This document shows, piece by piece, positions 1-9,345 of a DNA stretch of 18,301 bases. The stretch lies in NCBI GenBank assembly GCA_000388065.2, contig KB932206.1. One strand, 5' to 3'. The stretch comes from Fonticula alba ATCC 38817. Its lineage: Eukaryota > Protista > Nucleariida. The position numbers were made by a program, and so were the translations under genes. The notes beneath the pieces are model-generated. The model saw only the letters and a list, made by a program, of their open reading frames with translations. It made no database searches and was not told where the DNA came from. Every line of letters begins with the position of its first letter. The first letter of the stretch is position 1.

Positions 1-87
1 CCCCCCCCCCCCCCAGGGCCTGACCGTGTGACATCCCCTTGACGTCGGTATCGCGCCGGACACACCACCACCGCCACCCAAACCCAG

Positions 88-786
88 GGGCCATGCCATC
101 GCCCGTGGGACTGACTCCGGCACCGAGCTGCCGACCCTGGACCTTGAGACTGCCAGCGAGCCGCTGGACATCTGTGACGCCTCGCACACGGCCATGCTGT
201 CCATCGACCCGGTGGAGGCCTCCAAGCCCGGCGGGCCGAACTCCATCACGGACGGCCGGACCCTCTCGGTCCTTCTCCAGCCGGTGGTCCTGATCGGCGA
301 GATCGAGTCCACCTGCTGCGCCATCACCGAGGGCCTCATCAAGAAGGAGTATGTCTGCCTGTTCCTCCCTCCCGTGCCCCCCCCCCCCCTTGCGGGCGTC
401 CCTCTGCCTTGCCCCAAGGCCCGGCTGCATGCCCCGGCCATGTCTCCCTCCTCTCCTGCCTTCCACACACACGCACACACATACACACACACACATGCAT
501 ACACACGCCTCACTCCACTGACCGCCCTCCCCCTCCCCAAGCCGCGAGCTCTCCAACAAGCTGGTTGAGGCGGCCTACAACTACGCCAAGAGCGTCACCC
601 CCTCGCCGCCGGACAACTACGACCCGACGGTCAACTTCCTGATTGCCCTGATCGCCCAGCAGATTTCCTCCATCGTCATGGTTGCTGATGCCGATGCTGC
701 CCGCCTGCGCGGTACGCCCTCCCTCTCTCTCTCTCTCTCTTCCCCCCGATCATCCACACGCCCGCACATGCCCCATTCAAGTCCCC

Positions 787-875
<89 letters not shown>

Positions 876-1664
876 NNNNNNNNNNNNNNNNNNNNNNNNN
901 NNNNNNNNNNNNNNNNNNNNNNNNNNNNNNNNNNNNNNNNNNNNNNNNNNNNNNNNNNNNNNNNNNNNNNNNNNNNNNNNNNNNNNNNNNNNNNNNNNNN
1001 NNNNNNNNNNNNNNNNNNNNNNNNNNNNNNNNNNNNNNNNNNNNNNNNNNNNNNNNNNNNNNNNNNNNNNNNNNNNNNNNNNNNNNNNNNNNNNNNNNNN
1101 NNNNNNNNNNNNNNNNNNNNNNNNNNNNNNNNNNNNNNNNNNNNNNNNNNNNNNNNNNNNNNNNNNNNNNNNNNNNNNNNNNNNNNNNNNNNNNNNNNNN
1201 NNNNNNNNNNNNNNNNNNNNNNNNNNNNNNNNNNNNNNNNNNNNNNNNNNNNNNNNNNNNNNNNNNNNNNNNNNNNNNNNNNNNNNNNNNNNNNNNNNNN
1301 NNNNNNNNNNNNNNNNNNNNNNNNNNNNNNNNNNNNNNNNNNNNNNNNNNNNNNNNNNNNNNNNNNNNNNNNNNNNNNNNNNNNNNNNNNNNNNNNNNNN
1401 NNNNNNNNNNNNNNNNNNNNNNNNNNNNNNNNNNNNNNNNNNNNNNNNNNNNNNNNNNNNNNNNNNNNNNNNNNNNNNNNNNNNNNNNNNNNNNNNNNNN
1501 NNNNNNNNNNNNNNNNNNNNNNNNNNNNNNNNNNNNNNNNNNNNNNNNNNNNNNNNNNNNNNNNNNNNNNNNNNNNNNNNNNNNNNNNNNNNNNNNNNNN
1601 NNNNNNNNNNNNNNNNNNNNNNNNNNNNNNNNNNNNNNNNNNNNNNNNNNNNNNNNNNNNNNNN

Positions 1665-1698
<34 letters not shown>

Positions 1699-3406
1699 CA
1701 CCCGCGCCCCCTGTGCACCCTGCCCGCACTCACCTTCGCCACGATGCAGACCACCGGGGCACTCCCACCAACCGGGTCCGGCTGCACTTGATCCGGGCGG
1801 CGGTCATTCGCGAGATCACCAACATGGTGAAGCTGGTGATCGAGGCCCTGGAGCAGGGCCGCATCAAGGCCCCGATCATCGGTGTCCAGGACAGCCGCCT
1901 GCCCTTGGTCTCGGTGCAGACCGCCGGCCACCAGGGCCCCCGGCCGTACATGGAAGATCGCTCGGTGGTGGCCCTTTTCGCCGATCAGCTCCCGGTGGAT
2001 GAGCTCCTGCTCCAGGCCCGGACGGAGGAGCTTGCCGCGGCCGAGGCCGCGGTCGAAGCCGCCGCCGCCGCCGCCACCGCCGAGGCCGCCGCCAAGGCCC
2101 ATGCCGAGGCCGGCGACGACGCCGACCCCGCCAAGGCCGAGGATGCCACCGGCGAGGATGACGCCCCTGACGCCGCGCCCGCCAACAAGGCGGACGCCCC
2201 TGCCGACCCTGAGCCAGTGGCTGCCCCTCCCTCGGAGGAGCCGCTGGCCGCTGGCGGTCCGGCTCCCGATGAGCCGGTCTCCGAGCTGTACCGCCCGCAG
2301 GCCCCGGCCAAGGCCACCAAGGTCATCCTGATCGACGAGCTGGAGCAGCCGGGCGCCGGGCCATACCTCGGCCTGTCGGTCGTGCGCCAGGCCAAGTCCC
2401 TGCATCCGACCTCGGTGGTGTCCATCTACGATGGCCACGGCGGCATCAGCGTCTGCGAGTACATCGCGCGGAACTTGCACCTGGATTTGATGGCGGCCGA
2501 GGCCTTCCGCCAGCCGACGGACTTCCCTCCCAACATGGACCCCAGCATTTCCCCCATCGAAACCACGGAGACCTTCGACGAGGAGGACCCGATCGCGGCG
2601 TCCATCTTCGCCACCTTCGTCGGGACCAATGCCAACCTCTTCGATGGCCCGGAGCGCCGGCCCTATGTCGAGACATCCGGCTCGACGGCCGTCGTGTCGG
2701 TCATCCACAACAAGCGCGTTTGGATTGCCTGGGCCGGCGATTCGGAGGCCGTGCTTTGCCGGCGCAATGACTCCGGCACGGCCGGGCCGCTCCATGCCCA
2801 GGTCATCACCGAGCCCACGCACAAGCCCGGCGACCCGGTTGAGGCTGAGCGCGTGCGCCGCATGGGCGGCGAGGTGTACGGCCGCACCACCAACATGCCC
2901 CGTGTGGCTGGCATCCTGGCCGTGTCGCGTGCCTTCGGCAATGGGTGCGTGTATTTTGCTCCTGCGGATGTAGATGGCCACCGGGGGGGGNNNNNNNNNN
3001 GGGGGGGCAGGGACAGCAGACCGGGCGGGGCTCCACACCTTCCGGCTTGCCTCGGCTCTTGTCCGTGGCACCCCGCTGCACTTCCTACTGACTCTTTGCG
3101 TGTGCTCCTCCCCCGCCCTCTGCGCCGCATGCGCATTCGCCCGGCAGCCGCTTCTCCCAGTATGTCAAGCCCGAGCCGACGATCAAGTCCTTCGGCCTGA
3201 ATGGCTCGGAGCTCTTCATCATCCTGGCCTGTGATGGCCTGTGGGATGTGATCACCGGCGATGAGGCCTGCAACTTTGTCTACGCCAACCTCGAGCACCG
3301 GAGCCTCATCGTGCCGAACCTCATCCGCCTGGCCCGCCGCCTTGGCTCCACGGACAACATCACCATCTCCATCGTTTTCTTCGATGCCCACATCAACAAG
3401 GTCTAG
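88..3406 (+). CDS. PP2C/PPM-family Ser/Thr protein phosphatase, 5'-partial, spliced
   Basis: Exons 88-348, 542-711, 1750-2944, 3148-3406 (TAG 3404-3406); intron phases 2/1/2 are compatible and the joined frame has no stop. PP2C motifs occur in order: GPRPYMED, IYDGHGG, SGSTAVV, AWAGDS, HKP, LAVSRAFGN, LACDGLWDV, STDNIT. Acceptor at 87 chosen because it is the first AG after a CTGAC branch motif (20-24). Extra exons could lie in gap 876-1664; ATG 194 is an alternative start. Confidence 0.9.
788..875 (+). repeat. poly-C homopolymer (88 nt) abutting an assembly gap; 33 more C at 1665-1697
   Basis: Read directly; lies in PP2C intron 712-1749. Confidence 0.9.
876..1664. other. assembly gap (N run)
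   Basis: Run of N. Confidence 1.
2991..3000. other. assembly gap (10 N) within PP2C intron 2945-3147
   Basis: Run of N flanked by G runs. Confidence 1.
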
Positions 3407-4152
3407 TGTGCCAGTAACAGCCCGTGCATCCACACTTGCATGCGTGCGTGAGATGACGTGCCACGCGGTTGGCTGTCGGGCGGACACACACACTCCGTGC
3501 TGTCTCGTTCTCCCTCCCCCGGGCGCCTGTCCTTCCCTCCTCCCCCCTTGCACTTGCTTTCCTCTCGGCAGCCTGCCTGCCGCCGCTTTGCCTACCCTCT
3601 TTCCCTCCTCCCCACTCTGCCCTCCCTGCTCTCTCTCTCTCTCTCCCTCTCTCCTGGACATTGCGCGTTCCCCGTAGTCTAGGAAGGAAGGCGCGGGAAA
3701 AAAAAAAAAAGCTAAAATCATACAAAATTCTTCCATCCCTCCTGGCCTCACTCCCTGCGGCGATGTATGCGATTGGGGCGGGCTGCCGGGCTGCCGGGCT
3801 TGGTCTTTGGGGGATGCACGCATGCCTGATCGATCCTGGCGTGTCGTTGACGGGAGAAAGAGATGATTGGTCTATTGTTGGGGGGGGGGGGGTAGTGGTG
3901 GTGGTGGAGGTGTTGGAGGGGAGAGTATCCGCAGATGCTTGATAGGGAGAGAGAGAGAGGCGGAGGGTTCCTCGAGTGCTTGCTTTTCTTTTTCCTGTCC
4001 CTTCCCCTTCCCTCGAGGGCAGAGCGCAATCACCGCCTCGGCCCCACCAGAGGAGCAAGGGCGACATGCCATGCAGACAAGGCACGCGGGCGGGCCCGCC
4101 CAAAGCAGGGGGACCGTGCCCGCACGTGCAATGCAGCGGGCGGCGAGCGCGC

Positions 4153-5846
4153 TCAGAGACTGTAGTCCTGGAAGTCATACTGCTCCGCGAGGAGGCGGTA
4201 AACGTAGGATGGGGAGTGATCACCACTGAGGGGGGGGGGAGAGAGAGAGAGCGCTAGGCATGTCAGACAGGGGAGACGAGGCCCGGGAGTCGCGGCAAGG
4301 GGCGGAGGAGGATTTGCGCACTCGTTGGTCACGAAGAGGTTGATCATCTCGGGAGGAACGTAGTCGAACTGGGGGTTGAGGTTCTGCACATCCGGGTGGA
4401 GGTCTGGGGAGTCGCCGCAGGGCTGGCGGTCAGTGATCGGCTGGCCGTGGCCGAAGGGACGGTCCCACGAAAGGGGGGGCGGGGCGGGGAAGAAAAAAAG
4501 GCGCACCATCCTCATAGTTGGCCACATCCGAGGCATTCAGCAGGATGTTCTGGATTTGCGGGTGGAAAGAATACAGGGGGGAAAGGTTGTACAGCCCAGC
4601 CAGGACCACCACCGGGGTTGAGTAGTGGTGGGCCGCCTGGAGGAGGAGGTTCGTGCCGGCCTGAGCGATGATCCCGCCATTGGCCAGGACTGGGGGCAAG
4701 GGGAGAGGGAAGATGCGGGAGACGAGAGACAGCAGGGAGGGCCTATGTTAAGACCCGGGTGAAGGGGGGGGGGGGGGGGCGACGGGCGCAAGACGGCCGG
4801 GGCAGCGTACCAGCATGGGCGCTGATGACAACCTTGTTGACGCGGGCCATCAGGGCAAAGATGGACGTATCATACACGAGGGTGGTGTTGATGTCCTTCT
4901 CGGACAGGCGCTTGGCGGTCTCCTGGGACTCGGCACTGGGCGGGGAAGACAGGGCAGGACCGGGAGGAAGAGGGAGGAGCAACGCGCATGTGTCAGCCAC
5001 GGACCACAAAACATGCAGCCGGGAGTGCCAGTTCGCCAAGGCGATCGATACCTGAAGGTGCTGTCGGCGATGAGGACCTGGAAGGTACGCTTGCGGGCGG
5101 CCTCCAGGAAGAACGCCTCGCAGGTGGGCGACGCGCCGTACGTCATGAGGACCTCATTCATGTGGATGTGCTGGAGGGCCTGGCGAGAAATGTTCTTCTG
5201 GGTGTCGGTCAGATCGTTGATGATGCCGTCGACGATTTCGTGGGCCATGCTGGCAATGGCGTGGTGGCGCTTCTCTGGAAGACCGAGGCACCGGGAGGGG
5301 GGGCAAATCCCAAAAAGACATGAGTCAGCCGGATCATGGCGACAGAGAGATGCATGGAAAGGGCCGCCAGCAAAGGCGGGCCACCGTGGCCAACGCACGC
5401 TTATCCAGGGACAGCTGCTCGGCACCGTCGAAGCTTGACCGCCGGGACACCGCCTGCGACGGGGGCAACGAGGCCGACCCATCATCGAGCAGGGTGAACA
5501 TCGAGTGCGATGGGCGCTCCATGGACGAGTCACACCGGACCGTGTGCAGGAAACGCCGGATAATATTGCCGGAGGAGAGCTCTACAAATAGGTGCCATCA
5601 GCGGGGGCGGGGGGGGGGGGAGGGTGAGGAAGAAGCGGTCTCGAGACCGGGGGCGAATGGGAGTGGCAGGGAGCGGGCGCAAAGCAGGGCCCCGACGAAC
5701 CAAGGGGCTGGGCCACGACAAGGCGCGCGCCGAGGGCCCGAACCAGGTCAATCAGCTGGGGGTAGGAGTCGAAGGTGGAGAAAGAAATGAACTCCCGCAG
5801 CAGGACCGACGTGTGCAGGGCCACAGAGAAGGCGCCGCAGACCTGG
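4153..5846 (-). CDS. EIF2B2: translation initiation factor eIF2B beta subunit (EIF2B2/GCD7 type); N-terminal exon missing, probably in gap 5859-6348
   Basis: Exons (minus) 5846-5701, 5581-5399, 5274-5052, 4935-4811, 4689-4507, 4403-4322, 4225-4153 (TGA); all phases compatible, about 337 aa. Recognised beta-subunit segments: QVCGAFSVALHT, QPLELSSGNIIRR, HIHMNEVLMTYG, FLEAARKRTFQV, IFALMARVNKVVI, VLANGG, FDYVPPEMINLFVTN, HSPSYVYRLLAEQY. Confidence 0.93.
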
Positions 5847-5858
5847 CTGCAGGGGGGA

Positions 5859-6348
5859 NNNNNNNNNNNNNNNNNNNNNNNNNNNNNNNNNNNNNNNNNN
5901 NNNNNNNNNNNNNNNNNNNNNNNNNNNNNNNNNNNNNNNNNNNNNNNNNNNNNNNNNNNNNNNNNNNNNNNNNNNNNNNNNNNNNNNNNNNNNNNNNNNN
6001 NNNNNNNNNNNNNNNNNNNNNNNNNNNNNNNNNNNNNNNNNNNNNNNNNNNNNNNNNNNNNNNNNNNNNNNNNNNNNNNNNNNNNNNNNNNNNNNNNNNN
6101 NNNNNNNNNNNNNNNNNNNNNNNNNNNNNNNNNNNNNNNNNNNNNNNNNNNNNNNNNNNNNNNNNNNNNNNNNNNNNNNNNNNNNNNNNNNNNNNNNNNN
6201 NNNNNNNNNNNNNNNNNNNNNNNNNNNNNNNNNNNNNNNNNNNNNNNNNNNNNNNNNNNNNNNNNNNNNNNNNNNNNNNNNNNNNNNNNNNNNNNNNNNN
6301 NNNNNNNNNNNNNNNNNNNNNNNNNNNNNNNNNNNNNNNNNNNNNNNN
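5859..6348. other. assembly gap, probably containing the first coding exon of eIF2B beta
   Basis: Run of N directly upstream (minus sense) of the acceptor at 5847; only a short N-terminus is missing from the protein. Confidence 0.85.
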
Positions 6349-6937
6349 GGGGGGGGGGAAGGAAGAGGGGAGTTGCCCACGGCCACCGCGGGCACCCCCC
6401 GGTCGGGGGACACTTCTAGCTGTGAATTGCCCCGGGCAAGAGAGCGTGGTCCCCACGAGCCGGACGTGTCCGGGCTCTGTCCGGTCGCGCACGGAACGGC
6501 CTCTCCGTGTGCCCTGTCCCGCCTCCCTGTGTGTCTCCCCCCCTCTCATGGCGCGCAGGAGCACCCACGCCCAAGTGCATGGGCCGGTGTCCGGGGCGGT
6601 TGGCAACCGGATCCCCCCTGCCCTCCCCTCGCCGGCGCGGCCGGCGGCTTGCCCGCGATTCGGCCAGGCAGGCACCGGGGTGTGTGCAACCAGGCTCTGC
6701 CCATGATCTGACCGGATGATTGACGCATGTGATCATTCCTGGCGCTCCATGGACACCTGAAAACAGGCCCCAGCCGCACTTCGAGGCGGGGGAGAGAGGG
6801 GCGCCCGCAGCGCCTCGGCTCCCAGCGTGAATGAGAGCCGGACTGATAGCCCTCCTCCCCGGGCCAGGCGCGATCCGCCATCTCGGGCAGCCCCAACAAC
6901 CGCCTTTTCCCCCAACGCCTGAGCCCCCCCCCCCACC

Positions 6938-7039
6938 NNNNNNNNNNNNNNNNNNNNNNNNNNNNNNNNNNNNNNNNNNNNNNNNNNNNNNNNNNNNNNN
7001 NNNNNNNNNNNNNNNNNNNNNNNNNNNNNNNNNNNNNNN
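6938..7039. other. assembly gap (N run)
   Basis: Run of N. Confidence 1.
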
Positions 7040-7074
7040 ACTCCACCTCCACCCCCTCTGGCCCCCTGCGGCCC

Positions 7075-8755
7075 ATGTTCCACACCAGCCCGTTTACTGT
7101 GCGTCCTCCGACTTCCGCTTGCTGTGTATGGCGCACCTCCCCAACTGACGGCCGCCCTCTCACCGCCCATGCTCCCCCCTGACGGCCACACAAACACACA
7201 CATGCGCACGCATGCACGCACGCATCCTGGCCCCGATCGTCGGCCCAGATTCGCCAATATGTTATCGATGGGGATATTGACATGATCCGGTCCCTGGCCG
7301 AGACCGGGGCCCTCACGCCAACCTCCCTGCGGAATATCAACCCCGACAACGGCTGGTACGGCCGCCCCCCCCCCCCCCCCCTTCCCTCCCGCCCTGGCCC
7401 TCCCTGCAGGGTGTCCGCCCTTTGCAGCTGTCGTCTCACCTGGTGGCACGTCCATCCAATCTTCGGCCCCCTGCCCTTCCGGTCCCCGAACAGGTCCTCC
7501 CTTCATTATGCCATCTGCTTCGGGCACTTCTCCCTGGTGGAGCTCCTGCTGGAGCAGGGCCACGAGTCGGAGTTTGTCTCGAAGGACATCCAGCTCCGCA
7601 CGCCTCTCATGTTCGCTTGCATGTATGGCTTTCCAGATGTGCGTGCCTCGCCAACCTTGCACCGGTGGCCCCCCTCCCCTGCGGGCATCCCCGCCCCTCC
7701 TGTCTTGCTGCCCGATGGCGGGCGCGCGCGGCCTCTGACATCCCGCCTCTTGGCATCCGCCACTGCCCGTGTGCAGATCTTCAACCTGATCATGAAGTTC
7801 TCCCCGCACTCGCTGTGCATGGTCGATCACTCCGGCCACAATTGCCTTTTCTATGCCGCAATCTACAAGCAGCCGGCGGCCCTGCGGCTGGCCCTATCGA
7901 CGCCCGATCTGAATGCACAGTTGCAAGATCAATCCGGCAACACGGCCCTGCACTATGCCTCATCCCATGGTTTTGTCGAAGTGCGACCCTTGATGCCCCC
8001 CACCCTCCGGACCCGCGCTGCCTGACGAAGCAGGAAAGACACATTCTTTGCATCTTAACCCCCCCCCCCACACACACACATATACACATACACACACCTC
8101 CCGCTCTTGCCCCGGTCACTGTCGCGCCTCCCCACCAAAGGGCGTCGAGCTCCTCATCTCGGCCGGGCTCTCCTTCGACCAGCCGAACCTGCGTGGGTCC
8201 AGCCCGCGCGACTGGTTTGCCTACACCCCGGACCAGGTCTTGGCCGCATTTCCCCACCTGGACTTGCCGCACCTTCGCGGGTTAATCCCCGGCCTGTCTC
8301 CTCCGGCCGGGGGGGAAGAAGGTCGACCGGCCGGCGCGACCAGGCCCGGCAGCATGCCTCGTTCGGCGGGGGGTCCTTCGGCGTCGGGAGCCACCCATCG
8401 CGGGAGCCCTCCAGCCGGATTTCTTAGCCCGACTGCCGCCACCTCCACTGTCACTCCTGCACCCGCTCCCGCCAGCGGGTCTTCTTCTTCCTCCTCCTCC
8501 TCCTCCTCCTCTTCGGGAAGTAAGTTCCGTCAGTTTATTCGCCTTGACAACAGCCTCATTGGCCGGGTTCTTGGGCCCAGCATTGGCGGTACGGCATCCC
8601 TGGCTGGCACTTCACATGCCTCAGCCCCGGGGGCTGGCGGTGGCAGCAGCGGCGGCAGTGGGTCACCCAGCGGCGCCGGAGATCCCCATCGATTGCCGGC
8701 CGAGCCACCAGCCGGAGATCTCCCCGCTGGGACATATGTTTTCCCCAATAAATAA
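7075..8755 (+). CDS. AVO2: ankyrin-repeat protein, Avo2-like (putative TORC2 subunit), 364 aa
   Basis: Exons 7075-7098, 7249-7355, 7494-7638, 7777-7980, 8141-8755 (TAA). Ankyrin repeats: NGWSSLHYAICFGHFSLVELLLEQG, RTPLMFACMYGFPDIFNLIM, HNCLFYAAIY, GNTALHYASSHGFVEGVELLISAG, then an S/G/P-rich tail. NINPDNGWSSLHYA...GHE resembles, from memory, yeast Avo2 NIDSENGWSSLHYA...GHD. The ankyrin call is firm; Avo2 orthology is less certain. Confidence 0.72.
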
Positions 8756-8783
8756 ACCCCATTTCGTGGTGAAGGAAATATGT

Positions 8784-8785
<2 letters not shown>

Positions 8786-8841
<56 letters not shown>
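8786..8841 (+). repeat. (AG)28 microsatellite just downstream of the Avo2-like stop
   Basis: Read directly. Confidence 0.95.
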
Positions 8842-8844
<3 letters not shown>

Positions 8845-8996
8845 CCGCCGTGGTCCATTCAGACAGGCACATGCCGCACGCGCGACCCCTCCCTCGCAGG
8901 GGTGCCCTCTTCTCGCTCGAACCCATGCGCCAAGAGGAGGGGGAACAAGAGGAAGGAAGCGCCGGGGCCCACTCTTGAACTTGAATCTCTTCTGCT

Positions 8997-9027
8997 TTTT
9001 ATTTTGGAGATCTCCATTGAAATAAAA
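8997..9027. terminator. putative bidirectional polyadenylation element between convergent genes 3 and 4
   Basis: AATAAA on + at 9021-9026 and on - at 9003-8998, around the palindrome TGGAGATCTCCA (9005-9016), in an AT-rich island. Function is inferred. Confidence 0.4.
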
Positions 9028-9345
9028 CTACAAAGTGTGGAGGGTGGACAGATACATGGAGAGGAGGGGAGAGAGGACACTCGGGCTGTGTGTGTGTGTG
9101 TGTATGGGGGGGGGGGGGGGGAGATACCCCGCTGGCCCCCTGCAAGGAAAGCAAGTATCAAATGGGGGGAAGAAAAGACGCGGACATTCGCGCGGCATTA
9201 GATGGCCTCTCTCGTGCCGGAGCTCTTGCTCCGGGCAGCTGTGGTGAGAGAGGGGGAGGGGGGAGGGGATGGAGCAGGACGAGGATGAGCGCGAGGGGGA
9301 GGGCGAAATGTACAGACACACAGATACCCACTCGTTTATGCCTGC

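Noticed and set aside
15-87. Exon starting after the AG at 15-16, with ATG 93 as an overlapping uORF for ATG 194
   Set aside because: All three frames stop by 43. A CTGAC branch motif at 20-24 with first downstream AG at 86-87, plus coding-like codon use over 89-193 in the PP2C frame, is better explained as an intron end followed by an internal coding exon.
617-3071. Long minus-strand ORFs 777-3071, 617-1729 and 676-1701
   Set aside because: Antisense shadows of the GC3-rich PP2C exon and/or inflated by N runs and poly-G.
678-3200. 840-aa ORF as a single-exon protein with poly-Pro
   Set aside because: It reads through introns and a gap; the poly-Pro is translated intronic poly-C.
3407-4152. 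ORFs in the PP2C/eIF2B convergent intergenic region
   Set aside because: Low-complexity and microsatellite-derived, with no recognisable motifs or consistent splice structure; likely 3' UTRs.
6493-6549. ATG 6549 to GTGCGC donor at 6492 as first eIF2B beta exon (MRGGETHREAGQGTRRGRS)
   Set aside because: It is phase 0 whereas the acceptor at 5847 needs phase 2, and the peptide does not resemble eIF2B beta N-termini; the true exon is more likely in the gap.
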